A stretch of DNA of 64,000 bases, taken from the NCBI GenBank assembly GCA_963724485.1, contig CAVRUW010000008.1, positions 78,931 to 142,930 of the forward strand, given 5' to 3'. Each line of letters starts with the position of its first letter. Position 1 is the first letter of the stretch. The notes beneath the pieces are model-generated. The model did no database searches and had not been told where the DNA came from. It saw only the letters and a program-made list of their open reading frames with translations. This document shows, piece by piece, positions 22,377-33,285 of this stretch. A program made the translations under genes and the position numbers. This DNA is from an uncultured Acidobacteriota bacterium (lineage in GTDB: Bacteria; Acidobacteriota; Vicinamibacteria; Vicinamibacterales; UBA2999).

Positions 22377-25333
22377 TGGATCCGGAGCGATATCAGAAAG
22401 CCGGCGATTTGTACCACGCCGCCCTCGAGCTCGCGCCGGAGGATCGCACCGCGTTTCTCGAGCAATCCTGTGGCGGCGACGTCGATCTCCGCAGCGAGGT
22501 CGAATCGCTCCTCGCGGCACACCACCAGGCGGGACAGTTCATCGAGGAACCACACGAGCACGCGAGTTCCCTGCTGCGGTCGATGCTCGACGGCGCCGGA
22601 CGCGCGCCATCGAGAATTGCGACCGACGAGGGATTGCCTCACGACAACGACGAGCCGTCGTTGACTCCAGGACAACGGCTCGGGCGTTACGAGGTGCTCG
22701 ACCTTCTCGGCTCTGGAGGAATGGGCCGCGTCTATCGCGCGCTCGACTCGAGCTTGGGCCGCGAAGTGGCGATCAAAGCGCTGGCCGGCACGTTCCGCGG
22801 CGATTCGACGAGCTTGAAGCGGTTTGAACGCGAAGCACGCGTGCTCGCGACGCTCAACCATCCCAGCATCGCCACGATCTATGGGTTCGAACATCTGGAC
22901 GGCTCGCCCTATCTCGTCCTCGAGCGAGTCGATGGTCAGACGCTCGCCAGCCGTTTGCGGCGCGGTGCCATCTCCGTCAAAGAGGCGGTCGGCATTGCGA
23001 TGCAGATCGTCGATGGGCTCGAGGAGGCGCACAGTAAGGGGATCGTCCATCGGGATCTGAAGCCATCGAACGTCATGTTGACGCCTGACGGGCGTGTGAA
23101 GCTCGTCGACTTCGGCCTCGCCAAGGCGACGCGAGCCGCCCCGCGCGACGTCTCGGTGGACCCGATCACCGCGTCAGGGGTCGTCCTCGGCACCGCGCGC
23201 TACATGAGTCCCGAGCAGGTCAAGGGCGAGGACCAGGACGTGCGCACCGATGTGTGGGCATTCGGCTGCGTGCTCTACGAGATGCTGACCGGACGCCCCG
23301 CGTTTGCCGGGCGGTCGGTCTCAGAGGTCGTGGCCGCCGTGCTGCGTGACGATCCCAACTGGAATGCTCTGCCCCCGGTGGTACCGCGAAACGTCGCTCG
23401 CCTGCTCCGCCGTTGCCTGCGTCGCGATCCGCGCCTGCGCCTCCAGCATGTGGGAGACGCGCGCCTCGATCTCATCGAGGAGGACGAGCCAGCAACAGCT
23501 GCAGCCGGCGCCAGTCGCTCTGTCGTATCACGTAACGCTGCTATCGCGATCTCGATTGCGGCCATCGCGGCGCTGGGTGTCTACCTCTCGTTGCGCTCGC
23601 CTCGAACAGCCCCGCCGAATCGTCCGGCCCTGTTGAGCCTCGAGTTACCCGCGCGATTGACCTTGGCCGACGAGTTCTCTGCGCCGTTCGCCATCGACCC
23701 TGGCGGGTCCCACATCGTGTTCGAAGCACTCGAGGGTGCGACGCAGCAACTGTATGTCCGCGATCTGACCGATCCGAATGTGCGAGCCCTCGCAAGTACC
23801 GAGGGCGCGCGCCAGCCGTTCTTCTCCGACGACGGGGCGTGGATCGCCTTTTTCGCAAACCGCAAGCTCTCGAAAGTGCCGGTTGGCGGCGGTCCGGTGT
23901 TGTTGGTGGCGGATACTGGCAGCAATCCACGCGGGGGCGTGTGGGCCCCCGATGGGACCATCGTGTTCGCGGGGCCGGAAACGGCCGGACTCTCGCGTGT
24001 CTCCGGAAGCGGCGGCAAACCGACCCCGCTGACGACGCTCGACAAGGCGCGCGGCGAGCACTCGCATCGCTGGCCGGATCTGCTGCCGGGCGGCAAGTGG
24101 GTGCTCTTCACGATCGGATTGGAAGACGCACCGTACGAAGAAGCCCGCATCGAAGCGGTGTCGCTCGAAACCGGCGAGCGTCGCCGCGTGATCGAGAACG
24201 CCAGCTTCGCGCGCTACTCCCCGGATGGCCGGCTGCTGTTCGTTCGCGGTGGCCACGTTCATGCCGTAGGGTTCGATCGCGATCGGCTCACCGTACAGGG
24301 AACGCCAGAAGTCGTGCTCGACCCGGTTCGTTTCAATCGTCGCAACGGCGGCGCTCATCTCGCCGTCTCAGCGTCGGGCGTTCTCGTCTACGGGTCAGGC
24401 GAGCCGACCAGCTCCGAGTACTACCTGTCGTGGGTCAATCGAGACGGCGTGCTCACGAGGGCAAGCGACACGCCGCGGCCGTTCCGAAACGTCAGGGTAA
24501 GCCCGGACGGTCGCCGGATCGCGACGGTCATTGGGACGTCCACGGAGTCCGACCTCTGGCTCGTTGACGCGAACGGCACGTTGACACGGTTGTCCTTTGC
24601 GCTATCGCCGCATCGACCCACGTGGACATCCAACGGCAGCGGCATCACGGTCGGCGCACCCAAGGACAGCATCTGGCGTCTGATTACGCTCGCCGCCGAT
24701 GGGAAGAGCGAGCCGACGGTCTTGCTCGAGAGCCCGCACCGCGTCTATCCGAATGCGTGGTCGCATGATGGTCGCTACCTGATCTTCCAGGAGAACCGGC
24801 CGGAAAGCGGCTGGGATCTCATGGTGCTCGAGGTCGACGCGTCCAGCCGTCCAGTCGGCGCTCCCCGGGCGCTTGCGAGCACGCCGTTTCACGAAACGAG
24901 CGCCGCACTCTCGCTGGAGGGACGATGGGTCTCGTACGAGTCTGACGAGCTCGATGGCCTGGTGCAGGTCTATGTGCGCTCGTTCCCGGAAGGCGCCAAC
25001 AAGATCCGCGTGTCGCCCGTCGGCGCGCGATTACCGGCCTGGGACTCGCACGGTAATCTTCATTACTGGCAGACCCCCGAGTACACGATGTGGGCGGTTC
25101 ACCCCAGGGAGAAGAACGGACAACCGGTTGTGGGCACGCCGGAAGCGGTCTGGCGCGGTACGGATGCGCCCACTCTCCTGAGGCGCATCGTCACTCCACT
25201 GTGGGGCACCGGCTACGACGTCGACCCCGGCGGCACAAGATTTCTCGTGCTGGAGGCGCCGGCCACAAGCTCGCCCCCGCAGTTGTCGCACCCGACGATC
25301 GTGCTGGACTGGGCCCAGCCTCGCCGCGATTGA
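22376..25333 (+). CDS. Ser/Thr protein kinase with a C-terminal TolB/PD40-type beta-propeller
   Basis: The start overlaps the sigma stop (TGATG). There is an N-terminal ~110-aa extension, then GRYEVLDLLGSGGMGRVYRA...HRDLKPSNV...DFGLAK, then a TM helix and repeated PD40-like units (SPDGR..., WSHDGRYLIF). Confidence 0.9.
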   Translation: MDPERYQKAGDLYHAALELAPEDRTAFLEQSCGGDVDLRSEVESLLAAHHQAGQFIEEPHEHASSLLRSMLDGAGRAPSRIATDEGLPHDNDEPSLTPGQRLGRYEVLDLLGSGGMGRVYRALDSSLGREVAIKALAGTFRGDSTSLKRFEREARVLATLNHPSIATIYGFEHLDGSPYLVLERVDGQTLASRLRRGAISVKEAVGIAMQIVDGLEEAHSKGIVHRDLKPSNVMLTPDGRVKLVDFGLAKATRAAPRDVSVDPITASGVVLGTARYMSPEQVKGEDQDVRTDVWAFGCVLYEMLTGRPAFAGRSVSEVVAAVLRDDPNWNALPPVVPRNVARLLRRCLRRDPRLRLQHVGDARLDLIEEDEPATAAAGASRSVVSRNAAIAISIAAIAALGVYLSLRSPRTAPPNRPALLSLELPARLTLADEFSAPFAIDPGGSHIVFEALEGATQQLYVRDLTDPNVRALASTEGARQPFFSDDGAWIAFFANRKLSKVPVGGGPVLLVADTGSNPRGGVWAPDGTIVFAGPETAGLSRVSGSGGKPTPLTTLDKARGEHSHRWPDLLPGGKWVLFTIGLEDAPYEEARIEAVSLETGERRRVIENASFARYSPDGRLLFVRGGHVHAVGFDRDRLTVQGTPEVVLDPVRFNRRNGGAHLAVSASGVLVYGSGEPTSSEYYLSWVNRDGVLTRASDTPRPFRNVRVSPDGRRIATVIGTSTESDLWLVDANGTLTRLSFALSPHRPTWTSNGSGITVGAPKDSIWRLITLAADGKSEPTVLLESPHRVYPNAWSHDGRYLIFQENRPESGWDLMVLEVDASSRPVGAPRALASTPFHETSAALSLEGRWVSYESDELDGLVQVYVRSFPEGANKIRVSPVGARLPAWDSHGNLHYWQTPEYTMWAVHPREKNGQPVVGTPEAVWRGTDAPTLLRRIVTPLWGTGYDVDPGGTRFLVLEAPATSSPPQLSHPTIVLDWAQPRRD

Positions 25334-25401
25334 TTCGAGATTGTCGTCGCTGGTGGCCTCGAGCGAGTTGAACTCGACATGCTCACCATATACCGTTAGC
25401 C

Positions 25402-27893
25402 ATGCTCTTCCGCGATCTGGTTTTTGCCGCCCGTACCCTGCGCCGGAGTCCCGTCTTCACGGTCGCGGCCGCGCTGACAATCGCGCTGGGAATTGGCGCG
25501 AGCACGGCGATCTTCACCGTGACCAACAGCGTCCTGCTCCGTCCGCTGCCATACAAGGACCCCGATCGCCTGGTGGTCATGTACATGGACCTGCTCGTGC
25601 GCAACAGTCTCGGGATGCCGCTCTCGAACGAAAACTTCATCGACATCCGCGACGGGATCGAAGGGATCGTTCGAAGACATGGCGGCGTTTACCACCGGCC
25701 GGCAAGTGCTGCCCGGCCTCGATGGCACGCCCGAACAGGTGCGCCTCGCAGTGGTCACCGTCAACTTTTTCCGTCTGATGGGTGCATCGGTTGCGCTCGG
25801 TCGCGACTTCGAGGAGGCCGACGGCGTCCCGCAGCCGGCGCCGCAGAATCCTCAAGCAGGCGGCGCCCCAGCCGCGCCAGGGCCGCCGCCGCTGCCGGTC
25901 GTGGCCATCCTGAGTCATGAATACTGGCAGCGGCGGTACGGCGGCGATCCAGCCGTGCTCGGTCAGCGCATTCCCGCCGGCCCGCGCCCGGAGATCGTCG
26001 GCGTCCTCGCGCCAGGGTTCGAATTGCACTTCCCGCCCGCGACGAACGTCGAGCAGCGGCCGGACTTCTGGATCGCCAACCGTCTCAACTACAACAACGC
26101 CAACCGCAACACCTTCGGCCTGCGGCCGGTCGGCCGGTTGAAGCCCGGCGCCGCACTCGTGCGTGCGCAGGAGGAGGCCGACGCGGTCTCGGCCCATATT
26201 CGCGAGCAGTTTCCGGTGTCAAAAGGCTCCGGTTTCCACGCCCGGCTCGAGCCGATCCACAAGACGCTCGTCGACGAAGTCCGGCCGGCGATCCTGGCGC
26301 TGATGGGCGCGGTGATCTTCCTGTTGCTCATCGCGTGCGCGAACGTGGCGAACCTGCTCCTCGTGCGCTCGTCGCTCAGGCAGCCTGAGCTCGCCGTGCG
26401 CGCGGCGCTCGGCGCCGGTCGTGGACGCGTCATCCGGCAGATGCTGGCGGAGGCGGTTGTGCTGACCGCGCTCGGCGCCGCCGGAGGAATCGCACTCGCG
26501 TGGGTCGGCATTCGGCAGCTGTTGTCAATTGCTCCTGCGAATCTTCCGCGGCTCGAAACGATCCGCATCGATCCCATCGTGTTGCTGTTCACGCTGGCCA
26601 TCGCCCTGGCGGCCGCGTGTCTGTTCGGCATGGTGCCGGCCTTGAGCGCATTCAGGATGGATCTGGTGAACGCCCTCGGTGGCGCGGCCCGCACGGCGGG
26701 ATTGCGCGGCGGCGGCCGCCTGTTCAGAAACGCGGTTGTCGTCATCGAGGTCGCGCTCTGTTTCGTGCTGCTTGTCGGATCGGGTTTGATGATTCGCAGC
26801 TTTCTCGAGCTGCAGCGGATCGACCCCGGCTACGACCCGCGCGGCCTCCTGACGTTTCAACTGCTCGGCGGCGGTCCAGTGACACAGGAGCAAGGCGCGG
26901 CGAGGGGGCGCCAGCTCGAGGAGCGGCTGCGCGCGATTCCAGGCGTGCAGAGCGTCACGGCGTCGTTCCCGTTTCCGCTCGGCGGTGGCTTCAGCACCAT
27001 CAGGTGGGGACTGGAAGACGCGCTGACCGACACTTCGAAGTTTCAGGCCGTCGATTTTCAGGTCGTTCGCCCAGGTTACTTCGAAACGATGCGCACGGCG
27101 CTGGTGGCGGGGAGGACGTTCGCCGAGGCGGACAACAATGCGAAACGCAACGTCGTGGTCGTCGACACCATGCTGGCCGCGAAGGCCTTTCCGAATGAAT
27201 CCGCCGTCGGCAAGCGCATCCTGATTCGCATTCGTACGCCCGAGCCCGAGTGGGTCGAGATCATCGGGGTCGTCCAGCATCAGCGGGTGACGTCGCTCGC
27301 CGATCCGGGACGCGAGCAGGTCTATTTCGCCGACGGCTTCCTCGGGTTTGGCGCCGCCAACCGGTGGGCCGTTCGTACGGGTGGCGATCCCGCGCAGATC
27401 GCAGGGGCGGTTCGCGCCGCGGTCGCGGAGGTCAATCCGCTGTACCTGGTCATGGAGTTACGGCCGATGGACGCGCTCGTCCAGCAGGCACAGGCCAGCA
27501 CGCGATTCTCGCTGATGCTCATCGGCGTGTTCGCCGTGATGGCGGCGCTGCTGGTGGCGGTTGGCCTCTACGGCGTCCTGTCGACGGTCGTGCGCCAGCG
27601 CACCGCGGAGATCGGCGTACGCATGGCGGTTGGTGCGGCGCCCGGTCAGATCCTCCGCCTCGTGGTCGGCCACGGCCTGCGCTTGAGCGCGGGTGGCGTG
27701 CTCCTGGGCATTGTCGCCGCGGTCGCCGCTCACCAGGGCGATGACGACCATGCTGGTCGGTGTCAGGCCCACGGATCCGCTGACGTTCGCTGCGATGGGC
27801 GTTCTGTTCTTCGTCATTGCGATCGTGTCGTCCTGGCTGCCGGCGCGGCGCGCGGCGGGACTGGATCCCACGACGGCCCTGAGGGAAGGGTGA
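25402..27893 (+). pseudogene. ADOP-type duplicated FtsX/MacB-like permease with two frameshifts (~25669 and ~27727-27731)
   Basis: Three ORF pieces join into one protein. 25402.. ends ...DIRDGIEGI. 25679.. runs FEDMAAFTTG... to ...GVLLGIVAAVAA. 27693.. reads LTRAMTTMLVGVRPTDPLTFAAMGVLFFVIAIVSSWLPARRAAGLDPTTALREG*. The result is colinear with the intact paralogue 38524..41100. Confidence 0.85.
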
Positions 27894-27902
27894 CGCGCTT
27901 CA

Positions 27903-28307
27903 ATGCTGACCCACTTTCCACAAGCCGTTCCCGAGATTCCGGTGAGCAACGTTGACAAAGCCGCGGAGTACTACGTGAATGTGCTCGGATTCAGTTTTGA
28001 CTGGGGAAATGATGACGGCGGGATTGGCGGCATCTCGCAGGGGGAATGCCGAATGTTCCTCACGAACGCGCCGTTCCGCGCCGTCCACGGGCCGAAAGGC
28101 CCGGTGATCGTCTGGCTGAATCTCAACAGCAAACAGGAAGTCGACGAACTGTTCGAGCGCTGGAAAGATACCGGGGCGAAGATTATCGAGGCAGTGGAAG
28201 ACAAACCGTGGAACCTGCGTGAGTTCAGGGCCGCGGATCTGGACGGCAATCAGCTGCGTGTGTTCTACGACTTCAACTGGGAAATGAGCGAGGGGCGCAG
28301 TCGATAA
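27903..28307 (+). CDS. VOC-family (glyoxalase/bleomycin-resistance fold) protein
   Basis: IPVSNVDKAAEYYVNVLGFSFDW...FLTNAP...WNLREFRAADLDGNQLRVFYDF. Confidence 0.8.
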   Translation: MLTHFPQAVPEIPVSNVDKAAEYYVNVLGFSFDWGNDDGGIGGISQGECRMFLTNAPFRAVHGPKGPVIVWLNLNSKQEVDELFERWKDTGAKIIEAVEDKPWNLREFRAADLDGNQLRVFYDFNWEMSEGRSR

Positions 28308-28323
28308 TGCCGGGGCACGGCTG

Positions 28324-29769
28324 CTAGGGGCGATTCGCAACAACCGGCGCGCGAATGGCGCGGCCGGGTCGCGCGGCTGTGACGTCGCCGTTCTCGACCA
28401 CAACCTGGCCGCCGACAATAACGTAGGGGATTCCTGCCGAAGCGATCGTCGCGTCCTCGTAGGTCGATCGGTCGATCACCGAATCCGCATCGAAGATCGT
28501 CAGGTCGGCGTCGGCGCCGACCTTGAGGCGTCCCTTGTTCGTCATGGCGGGCGTCCGCCGTTCCAGACGCCGTGCCGGTTCCAACGTCATGCGGCGCAGC
28601 GCATCCATCAACGACACGGACTTCTCTTCGCGGACGTATTTCCCCAACACCTTGGCGTACGTCCCGGTCGTTCGCGGATGTCCTCGGCCGCCCTCGATGA
28701 ACCCGTCGCTGGCGATCATGGAAAGTGGGCTGACGATGGCCGCCCGTGTCTGCTCTTCCGATCGCCCGTGGATAATCACCGTCCCGCCAACCGCGCGCGC
28801 CTTTGCAAACGACTCGCGGGTGAGACGCTCGCCGCTGGAGACGAGCTGGTGCAAGCCGAACCGTTCATTCGGCCATTTCTCCCAGTCATCAAACAGCGCC
28901 GACTGGATCTCCGTCATGCCCGCGCCGTACGGATAAGCCTCCGTGGTCACATCCTGTCCCGCGTCGCGCGCAGCTTTGATGGCGGCGAGAAACGCGCCGA
29001 GCTCGTCGCCGGCTGACGAATTCACGTGCACGATATGCAACGCAGCCTTTGCAGTCCGCGCGGCAGCAATCGTTTCCTCCAGGCCTTCGATCCCGCCGCG
29101 CATGTGGATGTGCGCGGACGCGCCGCCTTCGGCCGCGACGCGAAACATCCGCTCGATCTCTGAGATGGGCGCGCCCGGAGTGTACGCGCTGCCGAATCCG
29201 ACGGCGACCGCGCCCTGCGCCAACCCCTCGCGGAGGATCGCTTCCATCGCTGCCAGGTGTGCTTCGGTCGCCGCGCCGCTGCCGCCAATGCCCGCGGGTA
29301 GCAGGCCCCTGCCTGGATCACCCAGCACTTTCATTCGTGCAGGGATGTGGCCAATGGACACGCCGTAGTTCACGATCTGCCCAGGGGCGCGCGCTGCATA
29401 CCATGCGGCGACATCACCCGTGCCGACCTCCAGCTCGAAGGCCGACGTGACACCGTCGCGCACCATCAGGCGGTACGATTCTTCCTGTTGACCGTGCTCG
29501 TGCAGGTCGATGAAACCTGGCGAGACGACGTGGCGTGACGCATCGATGACGCGGACGCCTGTCAGCGGGGTCTCGGAAATCGACTCGATTTTCGCGTCTC
29601 GGATACCGATATGTCGGACACCGTCAAGGCCCGACTCGGGATCCACGACGCGTCCGTTGGCGATGACGAGATCGTAGGGCGGCTGGGCAGGCGCGCAGGC
29701 CGCAATCGTCACGCAGACCACAGCGACCGTGAGCGCCCTCGAGCGGATCATGGTGGCGGACGGTAGCAC
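28324..29769 (-). CDS. Amidohydrolase-family protein (D-aminoacylase-like) with a signal peptide
   Basis: YDLVIANGRVVDPESGLDGVRHIGIRDAKI...VSPGFIDLHEHG...IHVNSSAG...IASDG...GRLKVGADADLTIFD. Confidence 0.85.
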   Translation of the reverse strand: MLPSATMIRSRALTVAVVCVTIAACAPAQPPYDLVIANGRVVDPESGLDGVRHIGIRDAKIESISETPLTGVRVIDASRHVVSPGFIDLHEHGQQEESYRLMVRDGVTSAFELEVGTGDVAAWYAARAPGQIVNYGVSIGHIPARMKVLGDPGRGLLPAGIGGSGAATEAHLAAMEAILREGLAQGAVAVGFGSAYTPGAPISEIERMFRVAAEGGASAHIHMRGGIEGLEETIAAARTAKAALHIVHVNSSAGDELGAFLAAIKAARDAGQDVTTEAYPYGAGMTEIQSALFDDWEKWPNERFGLHQLVSSGERLTRESFAKARAVGGTVIIHGRSEEQTRAAIVSPLSMIASDGFIEGGRGHPRTTGTYAKVLGKYVREEKSVSLMDALRRMTLEPARRLERRTPAMTNKGRLKVGADADLTIFDADSVIDRSTYEDATIASAGIPYVIVGGQVVVENGDVTAARPGRAIRAPVVANRP

Positions 29770-29859
29770 ACATTACATCAGTTGATTGCGATAGTAAGTG
29801 CGTGTACGGAACCTTTCAAAGCAAACGGTGGCGTTACCGCAAACCGGAAGGACCAAGGA

Positions 29860-30300
29860 ATGGAGGACACAATGGCTTCGACGCAGTCCCAGATTGCAGA
29901 ACTACTAGATAGTCAATCCCAGGCCGTTCGGGCAAAGAACGTCGATCGACTCATATCGCTTTATTCTCCCGACATCATCTATTACGACGTTGTACCTCCG
30001 CTCCAGTACGTCGGGTCTGCTGCGCTCCGCGGCAGGTTCTCGCAGTGGTTTGATGGCTACAACGGTGCAATCGACATGCAAACCCACGACGTGCATGTTC
30101 TGGGGAGCGAGGATTTCGCGGTCGCATGCAGGTTCAGCCGGGTAAGCGGAACCCTGAAAAATGGGCACGAGGTTGGATCGTGGGTACGTGTGACCAGTAC
30201 CTGCCAACGTTCAGATCGCGGGTGGGTGATTACGCACGAACATGTCTCGCTGCCTGTTGATCTGATGAGCGGCAGTGCGGCCAAGGACCTTGTGCCCTGA
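29860..30300 (+). CDS. SnoaL/ketosteroid-isomerase-like (NTF2-fold, DUF4440-type) protein
   Basis: QIAELLDSQSQAVRAKNVDRLISLYSPDIIYYD...RVTSTCQRSDRGWVITHEHVSLP. An alternative ATG at 29872 has the better RBS (GGAGGA). Confidence 0.75.
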   Translation: MEDTMASTQSQIAELLDSQSQAVRAKNVDRLISLYSPDIIYYDVVPPLQYVGSAALRGRFSQWFDGYNGAIDMQTHDVHVLGSEDFAVACRFSRVSGTLKNGHEVGSWVRVTSTCQRSDRGWVITHEHVSLPVDLMSGSAAKDLVP

Positions 30301-30341
30301 GCCGGACCCACCGCGCTGCGATCATGATTCGAGGGCGCCGT

Positions 30342-31085
30342 TCACTTCTGCATCGCGGCGAGCTGCGACGTCAGACGCCCCGGGTTGTGGCAGTTCTTGC
30401 ACGTGACCTTGGTCGTCTCCGCAGTGGCCGGATTCGCCTTCCATTGCTGTGCCGTCGTCTCGTACGGTGTGCCTTGCATCAGCGCGATCATGCGGTCGAG
30501 ATGCTGCGCCATCTCCTCGGTCCGGCCGGTGCGCTGCGCCGACTGAACGAGGCCGCCGAGGACTTCGCCCCGGTGATGCACCGGGAGCTTGTCGATGGCC
30601 GCACCCTGCTGTTTCCACAGGGTCGAGTAATTTGCGTACGCGTCCGCCCAAGCGGTGGCGCGGTGTGGCTCGGGCAGGCGATCGGCAAACACGGAATAGG
30701 TTCCGCCGGTGATCGCGGCCACACCGTCGTTGCCGGACGTCTGCTTCGCCGCTTCGGCGAAAGCCGCACGCGCGGCCTCGAGCTGGGTGCGGAACTCGTC
30801 GGCCTTGCCTGATTCGAGCGCGAGCACCGCCCGATGCATCGTGGCCAACCCTTTCCACGCCAGCACGTTGCCGCGTTGGTCGGGACGATCCTTGAGCAGC
30901 TGCTCGATGTTCCGCTCGGCGCGCGCGAAGCGAACCATGTCGTTCGCCATGAACCCGGCGAACACGTCCTCGCGCAGCAAGGTATGCACCGTCAGCCGCG
31001 TGTCCGCAAGCGGCGGCTCCGGTGACTGTGCCGTGACGCCGCCGATCAGGCCGAAAACAACGACGAGACTCGCCAATACGCGCAT
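30342..31085 (-). CDS. Secreted hypothetical protein with a single C-terminal CxxCH haem-c motif
   Basis: Signal peptide [21 protein letters not shown]. The protein ends ...[24 protein letters not shown]. Confidence 0.7.
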   Translation of the reverse strand: MRVLASLVVVFGLIGGVTAQSPEPPLADTRLTVHTLLREDVFAGFMANDMVRFARAERNIEQLLKDRPDQRGNVLAWKGLATMHRAVLALESGKADEFRTQLEAARAAFAEAAKQTSGNDGVAAITGGTYSVFADRLPEPHRATAWADAYANYSTLWKQQGAAIDKLPVHHRGEVLGGLVQSAQRTGRTEEMAQHLDRMIALMQGTPYETTAQQWKANPATAETTKVTCKNCHNPGRLTSQLAAMQK

Positions 31086-31266
31086 AGGCCCTCCAAAGCT
31101 GTCGATGCTTGCTACGGATGTCGGGGTGCCGCGGTTCCGCGGCGGCAGCGACCCTACGCTATCATGCGGATCGCCCCGCGGAGACTACCCACCGCGCGCA
31201 GTCCGCGGGGTGGGGCCCCCGGACCGGGGCAAAAGCAACGCTGCGCGTCTCGCGAGGAGTCTTGTG

Positions 31267-32229
31267 ATGCCGACGTGGTCAACCGTCGCGTTCGCCGCTG
31301 TGTCTGCCCTGGCGCTGTCCACCGCGGTCCTGGCAACCGGAGTCACACGTCAGGCCGACGTCTTCGACCGCGTGACGCACGGTTATGCCACCTCCGACGG
31401 TGGCGTGAAGATTCACTACGCGTCGCTCGGCAAGGGGCCGCTCGTCGTCATGATCCACGGCTTTCCCGACTTCTGGTACTCGTGGCGGCACCAGATGGAC
31501 GCGCTGTCGCAGACCTTCGAGGTCGTGGCGATCGATCAGCGGGGCTACAACCAGAGCGACAAGCCGAAGGGCGTCGAGAGCTATGACATGCGGCTCCTCG
31601 TCGGCGATGTCGCCGCCGTGATTCGTCACCTCGGCCGCGAACGCGCCACGATCGTCGGTCACGATTGGGGCGGCGTCGTGGCGTGGCAGTTTGCGATGAA
31701 CCTGCCGCAGATGACCGAGAACCTGGTGATTCTCAATCTCCCGCACCCGCAGGGTTTGTCGCGCGAGCTGCGCATCAACGCCGAGCAGATCAAGAACAGC
31801 GAGTACGCGCGCAACTTCCAGCAGAAGTCGCCGGCCGACCCGACAGTGTTCTTCGGCAAGCCAATGACGGCGGAAACCCTCGCGGGCTGGGTGCGCGATC
31901 CGGCGGCGCGCAAGCGCTACGTGGAAGCCTTTCAGCGCTCGGATTTCGAGGCGATGCTGAATTACTACAAACGGAACTATCCACGTCAGTCGGGTGCCGA
32001 CGCGGCGCCGCTCCCCGAGCTACCCAAGGTTCAGGCGCCCGTGCTCATGTTCCACGGCCTGCGCGATACGGCGCTGCACTCGGATGGACTCTCCGGCACA
32101 TGGAATTGGGTCGCGAAGGACCTGACGCTCGTGACGGCTCCGGAGGCGGGTCACTTCGTTCAGCAGGATGCGGCTGATCTCGTGACGACCACGATGAAGT
32201 GGTGGTTGACGAGTCGTGCGGCTCGTTAG
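31267..32229 (+). CDS. Alpha/beta hydrolase, epoxide-hydrolase-like, with a signal peptide
   Basis: [16 protein letters not shown]...[12 protein letters not shown]...HGLRDTAL...AGHFVQQD. The upstream part of ORF 30709.. is an antisense shadow. Confidence 0.85.
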   Translation: MPTWSTVAFAAVSALALSTAVLATGVTRQADVFDRVTHGYATSDGGVKIHYASLGKGPLVVMIHGFPDFWYSWRHQMDALSQTFEVVAIDQRGYNQSDKPKGVESYDMRLLVGDVAAVIRHLGRERATIVGHDWGGVVAWQFAMNLPQMTENLVILNLPHPQGLSRELRINAEQIKNSEYARNFQQKSPADPTVFFGKPMTAETLAGWVRDPAARKRYVEAFQRSDFEAMLNYYKRNYPRQSGADAAPLPELPKVQAPVLMFHGLRDTALHSDGLSGTWNWVAKDLTLVTAPEAGHFVQQDAADLVTTTMKWWLTSRAAR

Positions 32230-32246
32230 ACGAGAAGGATCGCGTC

Positions 32247-33230
32247 GTGATCCGTTGGTGTCGCCGCCTCTCGGCCCTTGCGTTGGTTGGCGGCTTGCTG
32301 CAGGTGGCAGTTGCCTCCAGCACCGCCACTCACGGAGCAGCGAACCAGCCTGCCAATCGTCAAGAGCCATCGGACGTGTTCAGGTCGGCGGTGGACGCTG
32401 TCCTGCTCAACGTCACGGTCGTGAACACCGAGCATCGCTATGTGACCGATGTCGAAGCGAGCGAATTTTCCGTGTTCGAAGACGGCGTCAGACAGCAGCT
32501 CACGTTCTTCAGCCGGGCACAGCTGCCAATCGCCCTCTCGCTGCTCATCGACACGAGCGTCAGCATGGTGGACCAGTTGCCGGTGGCTCAGGAAGCCGCG
32601 ATTGGGTTCGTGCGTCATCTTCGCGCCCAGGATGTTGCCCAGATCGTGGACTTCGACAGCCGCGTGAAGATCATGCAGCCGTTCACGAACCAGGCGCCGG
32701 CACTCGAGCGCGCGATCCGGGCCACTCAACCCGGAGGTGCCACGGCCTTGTACAACGCCGTGTACGTTTCTCTCAAGCAACTGGCGCGAGTCGATAGCCC
32801 AGGCGTGAACCACGTTCGCCGCCGCGCCATCGTGCTGCTTTCGGACGGTAAGGATACGACCAGCCTGGTGACCTATGGCGAAGTGCTCGACCTCGCCAAG
32901 CGGTCGGACGCGACGATATATGCCATCGGGCTACCCACGAGGAAGGGGGGGTCGCCTAATGCATCGGGCGAGGCAGACGTCGTGCTGCGCCAGCTGTCCC
33001 ACCAGACCGGCGGTCGCGCGCATTTCCCCGCGCGCATCCACAATCTCGACCATGTGTATGGGGAGATCGCCGACGAATTGTCCAGCCAGTACGTGATCGG
33101 GTACGTGTCAAGCAACCCCCGTCGTGATGGCACATGGCGACGCATTGAAGTCAACCTGTCGCGTCCCAACGTTGCGGCGCGAACCCGCCGCGGCTACTAC
33201 GCTGGTGGCAGCATGGCCGATCAGCCCTGA
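32247..33230 (+). CDS. VWA-domain protein (acidobacterial VWFA-related family)
   Basis: FRSAVDAVLLNVTVVN...FSVFEDGVRQQLTFF...IALSLLIDTSVSM...GGATALYNAV...VLLSDGKDTTS...IYAIG...IADELSSQYVIGY. The GTG start at 32247 follows a GAAGGA RBS. Confidence 0.85.
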   Translation: MIRWCRRLSALALVGGLLQVAVASSTATHGAANQPANRQEPSDVFRSAVDAVLLNVTVVNTEHRYVTDVEASEFSVFEDGVRQQLTFFSRAQLPIALSLLIDTSVSMVDQLPVAQEAAIGFVRHLRAQDVAQIVDFDSRVKIMQPFTNQAPALERAIRATQPGGATALYNAVYVSLKQLARVDSPGVNHVRRRAIVLLSDGKDTTSLVTYGEVLDLAKRSDATIYAIGLPTRKGGSPNASGEADVVLRQLSHQTGGRAHFPARIHNLDHVYGEIADELSSQYVIGYVSSNPRRDGTWRRIEVNLSRPNVAARTRRGYYAGGSMADQP

Positions 33231-33285
33231 GCGAGGCCAACAAGAAACCTCCTACGCTCGAGCGAGGTTGGAAGAGAATCGTTTC

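Noticed and set aside
30709-31266. N-terminal 186 aa of the 506-aa ORF containing the alpha/beta hydrolase.
   Set aside because: This part is antisense to the well-formed secreted protein at 30342..31085. The hydrolase has its own ATG at 31267 followed by a signal peptide.
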